Source: Eledone cirrhosa
Lineage: Eukaryota
Assembly (NCBI GenBank): GCA_964016885.1
Contig: OZ024740.1
Location: forward strand, 34,782,001-34,846,000
Reading direction: 5' to 3'
Length of the DNA: 64,000 nt
The notes beneath the pieces were generated by a model. It was given only the letters and a program-made list of their open reading frames with translations, did not search any database and had not been told where the DNA came from. The translations under genes were made by a program, and so were the position numbers. Shown one piece after another: positions 25,338 through 39,272 of this stretch; position 1 is the stretch's first letter; each line of letters begins with the position of its first letter.

Positions 25338-25502
25338 GATAAAGTACTGTGGTAGTGTCTGTCTGTCTCTCTCTCTCTCCTCTAGATAAAGTACTGTGGT
25401 AGTGTCTGTCTGTCTGTCTCTCTCTCTCTCTAGATAAAGTACTGTGGTTGTGTCTGTCTCTCTATCTCTCTCTCTCTCTCTCTAGATAAAGTACTGTGGT
25501 AG

Positions 25503-25535
<33 letters not shown>

Positions 25536-25691
25536 ATCTCTTTAGATAAAGTACTGTGGTAGTTTCTGTCTGTCTCTATATAAAGTACTGCGTTAGTGTC
25601 TGTCTGTCTCTCTCTCTCTCTCCTCTAGATAAAGTACTGTGGCAGTGTCTGTCTGTCTCTCTCTCTCTCTCTAGATAAAGTACTGTGGTAG

Positions 25692-25724
<33 letters not shown>

Positions 25725-26321
25725 AGATAAAGTACTGTGGTAGTTTCTGTCTGTCTCTAGATAAAGTACTGTGGTAGTGTCTGTCTATCTCTCTCTCTCT
25801 CTCTAGATAAAGTACTGCGGTAGTATCTGTCTGTCTGTCTCTCTCTCTCTAGATAAAGTACTGTGGTAGAGTCTGTCTGTCTCTCTCTAGATAAAGTACT
25901 GTGGTAGTGTCTGTCTGTCTCTCTCTAGATGAAGTACTGTGGTAGTGTCTGTCTGTCTCTCTCTCTCTCTCTCTAGATAATGTACTGTGGTACTGGCTGT
26001 CTGTCTCTCTCTCTCTAGATAAAGTACTGTGGTAGTGTCTGTCTGTGTCTCTCTCTCTCTCTAGATAAAGTACTGTGGTAGTGTCAGTCTCTCTGTCTCT
26101 CTCTCTCTCTCTCTAGATAAAGTACTGTGGTAGTGTCTGTCTGTCTCTCTCTCTCTCTAGATAAAGTACTATAGTAGTGTCTGTTAGTCTCTCTCTCTCT
26201 CTAGATAAAGTACTGTGGTAGTTTCTGTCTGTCTCTCTCTCTCTCTCTCTCTAGATAACGTACTGTGGTAGTGTCTGTCTGGCTGCCTCTCTCTCTCTCT
26301 CTAGATAAAGTACTGTGGTAG

Positions 26322-26352
<31 letters not shown>

Positions 26353-26371
26353 AAATAAAGTACTGTGGTAG

Positions 26372-26406
<35 letters not shown>

Positions 26407-26425
26407 AGATAAAGTACTGTGGTAG

Positions 26426-26460
<35 letters not shown>

Positions 26461-27154
26461 AGATAAAGTACTGTGGTAGTGTCTGTCTGTCTCTCTCTCT
26501 CTCTCTCTAGATAAAATACTGTGGTAGTGTCTGTCTGTCCGTGTCTCTCTCTCTCTCTAGATAAAGTACTGTGGTAGTGTCTGTCTGTCTGTCTCTCTCT
26601 TTCTCTAGATAAAGTACTGTGCAAGTGTCTGTCTGTCTCTCTCTCTGTAGATAAAGAACTGTGGTAGTGTCTGTCGGTCGCTCTCTCTCTCTCTAGATAA
26701 AATACTGTGGTAGTGTCTGTCTCTCTCTCTATATATATATAAAGTACTGTGGTAGTGTCTGTCTGTCTGTCTCTCTCTCTCTAGATAAAGTACTGTGGTA
26801 GTGTCTGTTTGTCTGTCTCTCTCTCTCTAGATAAAGTACTGTGGTAGTGTCTGTCTCTCTCTCTCTCTTTCTCTCTCTAGATAAAGTACTGTGGTAATGT
26901 CTGTCTCACTCTCTCTCTCTCTTTCTCTCTCTAGATAAAGTACTGTGGTATTGTCAGTCTGTCTCTCTCTCTCTCTCTATATAAAGTACTGTGGTAGTGT
27001 CTGTCTGTCTGTTTCTCTCTCTCTCTAGATAAAGTACTGTGGTAGTGTCTGTCTGTCTCTCTCTCTCTAGATAAAGTACTGTGGTAGTGTCTGTCTGCCT
27101 CTCTCTTTCTCTAGATAAAGTACTGTCCTAGTGTCTGTCTGTCTCTCTCTCTGT

Positions 27155-27777
27155 AGATAAAGTACTGTGGTAGTGTCTGTCTGTCTCTCTCTCTCTCTAG
27201 ATAAAGTACTGTGGTAGTGACTGTCTGTCTCTCTCTCTAGATAAAGTACTGTGGTAGTGTCTCTCAGTCTCTCTCTCTCTCTAGATAAAGTACTGTGGTA
27301 GTGTCTGTCTATCTCTCTCTCTCTCTAGATAAAGTACTGTGGTAGTGTCTGTCTGTCTCTCTGTCACTCTCTCTAGATAAAGTACTGTCGTAGTGTGTGT
27401 CTGTCTCTCTCTCTCTCTAGATAAAGTACTGTGGTAGTGTCTGTCTCTCTCTCTCTAGATAAAGTACTGTGGTAGTGTCTGTCTGTCTGTCTCTCTCTCT
27501 CTAGATAAAGTACTGTGGTAGTGTCTGTCTGTCTGTCTCTCTCTCTCTAGATAAAGTACTGTGGTAGTGTCTGTCTGTCTGTCTCTCTGTCTCTCTCTCT
27601 CTCTCTAGATAAAGTACTGTGGTAGTGTCTCTCTGTCTGTCACTCTCTCTCTCTCTCTCTCTCTCTCGATAAAGTACTGGGGTAGTGTCTGTCTGTCTTT
27701 CTCTCTCTCTAGATAAAGTACTGTGGTAGTGTCTGTCTGTCTGTCTCTCTCTCTCCCTAGATAAAGTACTGTGGCAG

Positions 27778-27811
<34 letters not shown>

Positions 27812-28801
27812 GCTCTCTCTCTCTCAAGATAAAGTACTGTGGTAGTGTCTGTCTGTCTGTCTCTCTCTCACTCTCCCTCTTTAGATAAAGTACTATGGCA
27901 GTTTCTGTCTGTCTCTAGATAAAGTACTCTGGTAGTGTCTGTCTGTCTGTCTCTCTCTCTCTCTAGATAAAGTACTGTGGTAGTGTCTGTCTCTCTATCT
28001 CTCTCTCTCTCTCTCACTCTCTCTCTCTCTCTCTCTAGATAAAGTACTGTGGTAGTGTCTGTCTGTGTCTCTCTCTCTCTCTAGATAAAGTACTGTGGTA
28101 GTGTCAGTCTCTCTGTCTCTCTCTCTCTCTCTCTCTAGATAAAGTACTGTGGTAGTGTCTGTCTGTCTCTCTCTCTCTCTAGATAAAGTACTGTAGTAGT
28201 GTCTGTTAGTCTCTCTCTCTCTCTAGATAAAGTACTGTGGTAGTTTCTGTCTGTCTCTCTCTCTCTCTTTCTCTAGATAAAGTACTGTCCTAGTGTCTGT
28301 CTGTCTCTCTCTCTGTAGATAAAGTACTGTGGTAGTGTCTGTCTGTCTCTCTCTCTCTCTAGATAAAGTACTGTGGTAGTGACTGTCTGTCTCTCTCTCT
28401 AGATAAAGTACTGTGGTAGTGTCTCTCAGTCTCTCTCTCTCTCTAGATAAAGTACTGTGGTAGTGTCTGTCTATCTCTCTCTCTCTCTAGATAAAGTACT
28501 GTGGTAGTGTCTGTCTGTCTCTCTGTCACTCTCTCTAGATAAAGTACTGTCGTAGTGTGTGTCTGTCTCTCTCTCTCTCTAGATAAAGTACTGTGGTAGT
28601 GTCTGTCTCTCTCTCTCTAGATAAAGTACTGTGGTAGTGTCTGTCTGTCTGTCTCTCTCTCTCTAGATAAAGTACTGTGGTAGTGTCTGTCTGTCTGTCT
28701 CTCTCTCTCTAGATAAAGTACTGTGGTAGTGTCTGTCTGTCTGTCTCTCTGTCTCTCTCTCTCTCTCTAGATAAAGTACTGTGGTAGTGTCTCTCTGTCT
28801 G

Positions 28802-28836
<35 letters not shown>

Positions 28837-28943
28837 AAAGTACTGGGGTAGTGTCTGTCTGTCTTTCTCTCTCTCTAGATAAAGTACTGTGGTAGTGTCT
28901 GTCTGTCTGTCTCTCTCTCTCCCTAGATAAAGTACTGTGGCAG

Positions 28944-28994
<51 letters not shown>

Positions 28995-29870
28995 ATAAAG
29001 TACTGTGGTAGTGTCTGTCTGTCTGTCTCTCTCTCACTCTCCCTCTTTAGATAAAGTACTATGGCAGTTTCAGTCTGTCTCTAGATAAAGTACTCTGGTA
29101 GTGTCTGTCTGTCTGTCTCTCTCTCTCTCTAGATAAAGTACTGTGGTAGTGTCTGTCTCTCTATCTCTCTCTCTCTCTCTCACTCTCTCTCTCTCTCTCT
29201 AGATAAAGTACTGTGGTAGTGTCTGTCTGTCTCTCTCTCTCTCCTCTAGATAAAGTACTGTGGTAGTGTCTGTCTGTCTCTCTCTCTCTCTAGATAAAGT
29301 ACTGTGGTAGTGACTGTCTGTCTCTCTCTCTAGATAAAGTACTGTGGTAGTGTCTCTCAGTCTCTCTCTCTCTCTAGATAAAGTACTGTGGTAGTGTCTG
29401 TCTATCTCTCTCTCTCTCTAGATAAAGTACTGTGGTAGTGTCTGTCTGTCTCTCTGTCACTCTCTCTAGATAAAGTACTGTCGTAGTGTGTGTCTGTCTC
29501 TCTCTCTCTCTAGATAAAGTACTGTGGTAGTGTCTGTCTCTCTCTCTCTAGATAAAGTACTGTGGTAGTGTCTGTCTGTCTGTCTCTCTCTCTCTAGATA
29601 AAGTACTGTGGTAGTGTCTGTCTGTCTGTCTCTCTCTCTCTAGATAAAGTACTGTGGTAGTGTCTGTCTGTCTGTCTCTCTGTCTCTCTCTCTCTCTCTA
29701 GATAAAGTACTGTGGTAGTGTCTCTCTGTCTGTCACTCTCTCTCTCTCTCTCTCTCTCTCGATAAAGTACTGGGGTAGTGTCTGTCTGTCTTTCTCTCTC
29801 TCTAGATAAAGTACTGTGGTAGTGTCTGTCTGTCTGTCTCTCTCTCTCCCTAGATAAAGTACTGTGGCAG

Positions 29871-29904
<34 letters not shown>

Positions 29905-30894
29905 GCTCTCTCTCTCTCAAGATAAAGTACTGTGGTAGTGTCTGTCTGTCTGTCTCTCTCTCACTCTCCCTCTTTAGATAAAGTACTATGGCAGTTTCTG
30001 TCTGTCTCTAGATAAAGTACTCTGGTAGTGTCTGTCTGTCTGTCTCTCTCTCTCTCTAGATAAAGTACTGTGGTAGTGTCTGTCTCTCTATCTCTCTCTC
30101 TCTCTCTCACTCTCTCTCTCTCTCTCTCTAGATAAAGTACTGTGGTAGTGTCTGTCTGTGTCTCTCTCTCTCTCTAGATAAAGTACTGTGGTAGTGTCAG
30201 TCTCTCTGTCTCTCTCTCTCTCTCTCTCTAGATAAAGTACTGTGGTAGTGTCTGTCTGTCTCTCTCTCTCTCTAGATAAAGTACTGTAGTAGTGTCTGTT
30301 AGTCTCTCTCTCTCTCTAGATAAAGTACTGTGGTAGTTTCTGTCTGTCTCTCTCTCTCTCTTTCTCTAGATAAAGTACTGTCCTAGTGTCTGTCTGTCTC
30401 TCTCTCTGTAGATAAAGTACTGTGGTAGTGTCTGTCTGTCTCTCTCTCTCTCTAGATAAAGTACTGTGGTAGTGACTGTCTGTCTCTCTCTCTAGATAAA
30501 GTACTGTGGTAGTGTCTCTCAGTCTCTCTCTCTCTCTAGATAAAGTACTGTGGTAGTGTCTGTCTATCTCTCTCTCTCTCTAGATAAAGTACTGTGGTAG
30601 TGTCTGTCTGTCTCTCTGTCACTCTCTCTAGATAAAGTACTGTCGTAGTGTGTGTCTGTCTCTCTCTCTCTCTAGATAAAGTACTGTGGTAGTGTCTGTC
30701 TCTCTCTCTCTAGATAAAGTACTGTGGTAGTGTCTGTCTGTCTGTCTCTCTCTCTCTAGATAAAGTACTGTGGTAGTGTCTGTCTGTCTGTCTCTCTCTC
30801 TCTAGATAAAGTACTGTGGTAGTGTCTGTCTGTCTGTCTCTCTGTCTCTCTCTCTCTCTCTAGATAAAGTACTGTGGTAGTGTCTCTCTGTCTG

Positions 30895-30929
<35 letters not shown>

Positions 30930-31036
30930 AAAGTACTGGGGTAGTGTCTGTCTGTCTTTCTCTCTCTCTAGATAAAGTACTGTGGTAGTGTCTGTCTGTC
31001 TGTCTCTCTCTCTCCCTAGATAAAGTACTGTGGCAG

Positions 31037-31087
<51 letters not shown>

Positions 31088-31365
31088 ATAAAGTACTGTG
31101 GTAGTGTCTGTCTGTCTGTCTCTCTCTCACTCTCCCTCTTTAGATAAAGTACTATGGCAGTTTCAGTCTGTCTCTAGATAAAGTACTCTGGTAGTGTCTG
31201 TCTGTCTGTCTCTCTCTCTCTCTAGATAAAGTACTGTGGTAGTGTCTGTCTCTCTATCTCTCTCTCTCTCTCTCACTCTCTCTCTCTCTCTCTAGATAAA
31301 GTACTGTGGTAGTGTCTGTCTGTCTCTCTCTCTCTCCTCTAGATAAAGTACTGTGGTAGTGTCTG
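27155..31365 (+). repeat. Higher-order tandem duplication, 2 x 2093 bp, each made of related 1162 + 931 bp sub-blocks
   Basis: The marker tgtCgtagtgtg occurs at 27389, 28551, 29482 and 30644. Identical ORF pairs 27501/29594 and 28802/30895 are offset by 2093. Confidence 0.9.
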
Positions 31366-31457
31366 TCTGTCTGTCTGTCTCTCTCTCTAGATAAAGTACT
31401 GTGGTTGTGTCTGTCTCTCTATCTCTCTCTCTCTCTCTAGATAAAGTACTGTGGTAG

Positions 31458-31490
<33 letters not shown>

Positions 31491-31640
31491 TTAGATAAAG
31501 TACTGTGGTAGTTTCTGTCTGTCTCTATATAAAGTACTGTGGTAGTGTCTGTCTGTCTCTCTCTCTCTCTCCTCTAGATAAAGTACTGTGGCAGTGTCTG
31601 TCTGTCTGTCTCTCTCTCTCTAGATAAAGTACTGTGGTAG

Positions 31641-31673
<33 letters not shown>

Positions 31674-31894
31674 AGATAAAGTACTGTGGTAGTTTCTGTC
31701 TGTCTCTAGATAAAGTACTGTGGTAGTGTCTGTCTATCTCTCTCTCTCTCTCTAGATAAAGTACTGCGGTAGTATCTGTCTGTCTGTCTCTCTCTCTCTA
31801 GATAAAGTACTGTGGTAGTGTCTGTCTGTCTCTCTCTAGATAAAGTACTGTGGTAGTGTCTGTCTGTCTCTCTCTAGATGAAGTACTGTGGTAG

Positions 31895-31925
<31 letters not shown>

Positions 31926-32338
31926 AGATAATGTACTGTGGTACTGGCTGTCTGTCTCTCTCTCTCTAGATAAAGTACTGTGGTAGTGTCTGTCTGTCTG
32001 TGTCTCTCTCTCTCTCTAGATAAAGTACTGTGGTAGTGTCAGTCTCTCTGTCTCTCTCTCTCTCTCTAGATAAACTACTGTGGTAGTGTCTGTCTGTCTC
32101 TCTCTCTCTCTCTGTCTCTCTCTCTCTCTAGATAAAGTACTGTAGTAGTGTCTGTTAGTCTCTCTCTCTCTCTCTAGATAAAGTACTGTGGTAGTTTGTG
32201 TCTGTCTCTCTCTCTCTCTCTAGATAAAGTACTGTGGTAGTGTCTGTCTGTCTTCCTCTCTCTCTCTCTCTAGATAAAGTACTGTGGTAGTGTCTGTCTG
32301 TCTGTCTCTCTCTCTCTCTAAATAAAGTACTGTGGTAG

Positions 32339-32373
<35 letters not shown>

Positions 32374-32392
32374 AGATAAAGTACTGTGGTAG

Positions 32393-32423
<31 letters not shown>

Positions 32424-33146
32424 AGATAAAGTACTGTGGTAGTGTCTGTCTGTCTGTCTCTCTCACTCTCTAGATAAAGTACCGTGGTAGTGTCTGTCTG
32501 TCTGTCTCTCTCTCTAAATAAAGTACTGTGGTAGTGTCTGTCTGTCTGTCTCTCTCTCTCTCTAGATAAAATACTGTGGTAGTGTCTGTCTGTCCGTGTC
32601 TCTCTCTCTCTCTAGATAAAGTACTGTGGTAGTGTCAGTCTGTCTGTCTCTCTCTCTCTAGATAAAGTACTGTGGTAGTGTCTGTCTGTTAGTCTCTCTC
32701 TCTCTCTCTCTAGATAAAGTACTGTGGTAGTGTCTGTCTGTCTCTCTCTCTCTAGATAAAGTACTGTGGTAGTGTCTGTCTGTCTGTCTCTCTCTCTCTA
32801 GATAATGTACTGTGGTACTGGCTGTTTGTCTCTCTCTCTCTAGATGAAGTACTGTGGTAGTGTCTGTCTGTCTGTGTCTCTCTCTCTCTCTAGATAAAGT
32901 ACTGTGGTAGTGTCAGTCTCTCTGTCTCTCTCTCTCTCTCTCTAGATAAAGTACTGTGGTAGTGTCTGTCTGTCTCTCTCTCTAGATAAAGTACTGTAGT
33001 AGTGTCTGTTAGTCTCTCTCTCTCTCTCTAGATAAAGTACTGTGGTAGTTTCTGTCTGTCTCTCTCTCTCTCTCTCTAGATAAAGTACTGTGGTAGTGTC
33101 TGTCTGTCTGCCTCTCTCTCTCTCTCTAGATAAAGTACTGTGGTAG

Positions 33147-33177
<31 letters not shown>

Positions 33178-33196
33178 AAATAAAGTACTGTGGTAG

Positions 33197-33231
<35 letters not shown>

Positions 33232-33250
33232 AGATAAAGTACTGTGGTAG

Positions 33251-33285
<35 letters not shown>

Positions 33286-33400
33286 AGATAAAGTACTGTG
33301 GTAGTGTCTGTCTGTCTGTCTCTCTCACTCTCTAGATAAAGTACCGTGGTAGTGTCTGTCTGTCTGTCTCTCTCTCTCTCTAAATAAAGTACTGTGGTAG

Positions 33401-33433
<33 letters not shown>

Positions 33434-34646
33434 AGATAAAATAATGTGGTAGTGTCTGTCTCTCCGTGTCTCTCTCTCTCTCTAGATAAAGTACTGTGGT
33501 AGTGTCTGTCTGTCTGTCTCTCTCTTTCTCTAGATAAAGTACTGTGCAAGTGTCTGTCTGTCTCTCTCTCTGTAGATAAAGAACTGTGGTAGTGTCTGTC
33601 GGTCGCTCTCTCTCTCTAGATAAAATACTGTGGTAGTGTCTGTCTCTCTCTCTATATATATATAAAGTACTGTGGTAGTGTCTGTCTGTCTGTCTCGCTC
33701 TCTCTAGATAAAGTACTGTGGTAGTGTCTGTTTGTCTGTCTCTCTCTCTCTAGATAAAGTACTGTGGTAGTGTCTGTCTCTCTCTCTCTCTTTCTCTCTC
33801 TAGGTAAAGTACTGTGGTAATGTCTGTCTCACTCTCTCTCTCTCTTTCTCTCTCTAGATAAAGTACTGTGGTATTGTCAGTCTGTCTCTCTCTCTCTCTC
33901 TAGATAAAGTACTGTAGTAGTGTCTGTCTGTCTCTCTCTCTCTAGATAAAGTACTGTGGTAGAGTCTGTCTGTCTCTCTCTCTCTAGATAAAGTACTGTG
34001 GTAGTGTCTGTCTGTCTGTTTCTCTCTCTCTCTAGATAAAGTACTGTGGTAGTGTCTGTCTGTCTCTCTCTCTCTAGATAAAGTACTGTGGTAGTGTCTG
34101 TCTGTCTCTCTCTTTCTCTAGATAAAGTACTGTCCTAGTGTCTGTCTGTCTCTCTCTCTGTAGATAAAGTACTGTGGTAGTGTCTGTCTGTCTCTCTCTC
34201 TCTCTAGATAAAGTACTGTGGTAGTGACTGTCTGTCTCTCTCTCTAGATAAAGTACTGTGGTAGTGTCTCTCAGTCTCTCTCTCTCTCTAGATAAAGTAC
34301 TGTGGTAGTGTCTGTCTATCTCTCTCTCTCTCTAGATAAAGTACTGTGGTAGTGTCTGTCTCTCTCTCTCTAGATAAAGTACTGTGGTAGTGTCTGTCTG
34401 TCTGTCTCTCTCTCTCTAGATAAAGTACTGTGGTAGAGTCTGTCTGTCTGTCTCTCTGTCTCTCTCTCTCTCTCTAGATAAAGTACTGTGGTAGTGTCTC
34501 TCTGTCTGTCACTCTCTCTCTCTCTCTCTCTCGATAAAGTACTGGGGTAGTGTCTGTCTGTCTTTCTCTCTCTCTAGATAAAGTACTGTGGTAGTGTCTG
34601 TCTGTCTGTCTCTCTCTCTCTCTCCCTAGATAATGTACTGTGGCAG

Positions 34647-34689
<43 letters not shown>

Positions 34690-35639
34690 CTCTCTCTCTC
34701 AAGATAAAGTACTGTGGTAGTGTCTGTCTGTCTGTCTCTCTCTCACTCTCCCTCTTTAGATTAAGTACTATGGCAGTTTCTGTCTGTCTCTAGATAAAGT
34801 ACTGTGGTAGTGTCTGTCTGTCTGTCTCTCTCTCTCTCTAGATAAAGTACTGTGGTAGTGTCTGTCTCTCTATCTCTCTCTCTCTCTCTCACTCTCTCTC
34901 TCTCTCTCTCTCTAGATAAAGTACTGTGGTAGTGTCTGTCTGTCTCTCTCTCTCTCCTCTAGATAAAGTACTGTGGTAGTGTCTGTCTGTCTGTCTCTCT
35001 CTCTCTCTAGATAAAGTACTGTGGTTGTGTCTGTCTCTCTATCTCTCTCTCTCTCTCTAGATAAAGTACTGCGGTAGTATCTGTCTGTCTGTCTCTCTCT
35101 CTCTAGATAAAGTACTGTGGTAGTGTCTGTCTGTCTCTCTCTAGATAAAGTACTGTGGTAGTGTCTGTCTGTCTCTCTCTAGATGAAGTACTGTGGTAGT
35201 GTCTGTCTGTCTCTCTCTCTCTCTCTAGATAATGTACTGTGGTACTGGCTGTCTGTCTCTTTCTCTCTAGATAAAGTACTGTGGTAGTGTCTGTCTGTCT
35301 GTGTCTCTCTCTCTCTTTAGATAAAGTACTGTGGTAGTGTCAGTCTCTCTGTCTCTCTCTCTCTCTCTAGATAAACTACTGTGGTAGTGTCTGTCTGTCT
35401 CTCTCTCTCTCTCTGTCTCTCTCTCTCTCTAGATAAAGTACTGTAGTAGTGTCTGTTAGTCTCTCTCTCTCTCTCTAGATAAAGTACTGTGGTAGTTTCT
35501 GTCTGTCTCTCTCTCTCTCTCTAGATAAAGTACTGTTGTAGTGTCTGTCTGTCTGCCTCTCTCTCTCTCTCTAGATAAAGTACTGTGGTAGTGTCTGTCT
35601 GTCTGTCTCTCTCTCTCTCTAAATAAAGTACTGTGGTAG

Positions 35640-35674
<35 letters not shown>

Positions 35675-36939
35675 AGATAAAGTACTGTGGTAGTGTCTGT
35701 CTGTCTCTCTCTCTCTCTCTAGATAAAGTACTGTGGTAGTGTCTGTCTGTCTGTCTCTCTCACTCTCTAGATAAAGTACCGTGGTAGTGTCTGTCTGTCT
35801 GTCTCTCTCTCTAAATAAAGTACTGTGGTAGTGTCTGTCTGTCTGTCTCTCTCTCTCTCTAGATAAAATACTGTGGTAGTGTCTGTCTGTCCGTGTCTCT
35901 CTCTCTCTCTAGATAAAGTACTGTGGTAGTGTCAGTCTGTCTGTCTCTCTCTCTCTAGATAAAGTACTGTGGTAGTGTCTGTCTCTCTCTCTCTCTTTCT
36001 CTCTCTAGATAAAGTACTGTGGTAATGTCTGTCTCACTCTCTCTCTCTCTTTCTCTCTCTAGATAAAGTACTGTGGTATTGTCAGTCTGTTTCTCTCTCT
36101 CTCTCTAGATAAAGTACTGTGGTAGTGTCTGTCTGTCTCTCTCTCTCTAGATAAAGTACTGTGGTAGAGTCTGTCTGTCTCTCTCTCTCTAGATAAAGTA
36201 CTGTGGTAGTGTCTGTCTGTCTGTTTCTCTCTCTCTCTAGATAAAGTACTGTGGTAGTGTCTGTCTGTCTCTCTCTCTCTAGATAAAGTACTGTGGTAGT
36301 GTCTGTCTGTCTCTCTCTTTCTCTAGATAAAGTACTGTCCTAGTGTCTGTCTGTCTCTCTCTCTGTAGATAAAGTACTGTGGTAGTGTCTGTCTGTCTCT
36401 CTCTCTCTCTAGATAAAGTACTGTGGTAGTGACTGTCTGTCTCTCTCTCTAGATAAAGTACTGTGGTAGTGTCTCTCAGTCTCTCTCTCTCTCTCTAGAT
36501 AAAGTACTGTGGTAGTGTCTGTCTATCTCTCTCTCTCTCTAGATAAAGTACTGTGGTAGTGTCTGTCTGTCTCTCTGTCACTCTCTCTAGATAAAGTACT
36601 GTCGTAGTGTGTGTCTGTCTCTCTCTCTCTCTAGATAAAGTACTGTGGTAGTGTCTGTCTCTCTCTCTCTAGATAAAGTACTGTGGTAGTGTCTGTCTGT
36701 CTGTCTCTCTCTCTCTAAATAAAGTACTGTGGTAGTGTCTGTCTGTCTGTCTCTCTGTCTCTCTCTCTCTCTCTAGATGAAGTACAGTGGTAGTGTCTCT
36801 CTGTCTGTCACTCTCTCTCTCTCTCTCTCGATAAAGTACTGGGGTAGTGTCTGTCTGTCTTTCTCTCTCTCTAGATAAAGTACTGTGGTAGTGTCTGTCT
36901 GTCTGTCTCTCTCTCTCCCTAGATAAAGTACTGTGGCAG

Positions 36940-36980
<41 letters not shown>

Positions 36981-37370
36981 CTCTCTCTCTCAAGATAAAG
37001 TACTGTGGTAGTGTCTGTCTGTCTGTCTCTCTCTCACTCTCCCTCTTTAGATAAAGTACTATGGCAGTTTCTGTCTGTCTCTAGATAAAGTACTGTGGTA
37101 GTGTCTGTCTGTCTGTCTCTCTCTCTCTCTAGATAAAGTACTGTGGTAGTGTCTGTCTCTCTATCTCTCTCTCTCTCTCTCACTCACTCTCTCTCTCTCT
37201 CTCTAGATAAAGTACTGTGGTAGTGTCTGTCTGTCTCTCTCTCTCTCTCCTCTAGATAAAGTACTGTGGTAGTGTCTGTCTGTCTGTCTCTCTCTCTCTC
37301 TAGATAAAGTACTGTGGTTGTGTCTGTCTCTCTATCTCTCTCTCTCTCTCTAGATAAAGTACTGTGGTAG

Positions 37371-37405
<35 letters not shown>

Positions 37406-37555
37406 TTAGATAAAGTACTGTGGTAGTTTCTGTCTGTCTCTATATAAAGTACTGTGGTAGTGTCTGTCTGTCTCTCTCTCTCTCTCCTCTAGATAAAGTA
37501 CTGTGGCAGTGTCTGTCTGTCTCTCTCTCTCTCTCTAGATAAAGTACTGTGGTAG

Positions 37556-37592
<37 letters not shown>

Positions 37593-38249
37593 AGATAAAG
37601 TACTGTGGTAGTTTCTGTCTGTCTCTAGATAAAGTACTGTGGTAGTGTCTGTCTATCTCTCTCTCTCTCTCTAGATAAAGTACTGCGGTAGTATCTGTCT
37701 GTCTGTCTCTCTCTCTCAAGATAAAGTACTGTGGTAGTGTCTGTCTTTCTCTCTCTAGATAAAGTACTGTGGTAGTGTCTGTCTGTCTCTCTCTAGATGA
37801 AGTACTGTGGTAGTGTCTGTCTGTCTCTCTCTCTCTCTCTAGATAATGTACTGTGGTACTGGCTGTCTGTCTCTCTCTCTCTAGATAAAGTACTGTGGTA
37901 GTGTCTGTCTGTCTGTGTCTCTCTCTCTCTCTAGATAAAGTACTGTGTTAGTGTCAGTCTCTCTGTCTCTCTCTCTCTCTCTAGATAAACTACTGTGGTA
38001 GTGTCTGTCTGTCTCTCTCTCTCTGTCTCTCTCTCTCTCTAGATAAAGTACTGTAGTAGTGTCTGTTAGTCTCTCTCTCTCTCTCTAGATAAAGTACTGT
38101 GGTAGTTTCTGTCTGTCTCTCTCTCTCTCTCTAGATAAAGTACTGTGGTAGTGTCTGTCTGTCTGCCTCTCTCTCTCTCTCTAGATAAAGTACTCTGGTA
38201 GTGTCTGTCTGTCTGTCTCTCTCTCTCTCTAAATAAAGTACTGTGGTAG

Positions 38250-38284
<35 letters not shown>

Positions 38285-38303
38285 AGATAAAGTACTGTGG
38301 TAG

Positions 38304-38334
<31 letters not shown>

Positions 38335-38683
38335 AGATAAAGTACTGTGGTAGTGTCTGTCTGTCTGTCTCTCTCACTCTCTATATAAAGTACCGTGGTA
38401 GTGTCTGTCTGTCTGTCTCTCTCTCTAAATAAAGTACTGTGGTAGTGTCTGTCTGTCTGTCTCTCTCTCTCTCTAGATAAAATACTGTGGTAGTGTCTGT
38501 CTGTCCGTGTCTCTCTCTCTCTCTAGATAAAGTACTGTGGTAGTGTCAGTCTGTCTGTCTCTCTCTCTCTAGATAAAGTACTGTGGTAGTGTCTGTCTGT
38601 TAGTCTCTCTCTCTCTCTCTCTAGATAAAGTACTGTGGTAGTGTCTGTCTGTCTCTCTCTCTCTAGATAAAGTACTGTGGTAG

Positions 38684-38716
<33 letters not shown>

Positions 38717-38979
38717 AGATAAAGTACTGTGGTAGTGTCTGTCTGTCTGTCTCTCTCTCTCTCTAAATAAAGTACTGTGGTATTGTCTGTCTTTTTGACT
38801 CTCTCTCTCTCTCTCTCTAGATAAAGTACTGTGGTAGTGTCTGTCTGTCTCTCTCTCTCTATCTAGATAAAGTACTGTGGTAGTTTCTGTTAGTCTCTCT
38901 CTCTCTCTCTCTCTAGATAAAGTAATGTGGTAGTGTCTGTCTATCTGTCTCTCTCTCTCTAGATAAAGTACTGTGGTAA

Positions 38980-39019
<40 letters not shown>

Positions 39020-39181
39020 GATAAAGTGCTGTGGTAATGTCTGTTTGTCTGTCCCTCTCTCTCTCTCTAGATAAAGTACTGTCGTAGTGTCTGTCTGTCT
39101 CTCTATCTCTCTAGATAAAGTAATGTGGTAGTGTATATCTGTCTCTCTCTCTCTCTCTCTCTAGATAAAGTACTGCGGTAG

Positions 39182-39214
<33 letters not shown>

Positions 39215-39233
39215 AGATAAAGTACTGTGGTAG

Positions 39234-39272
<39 letters not shown>

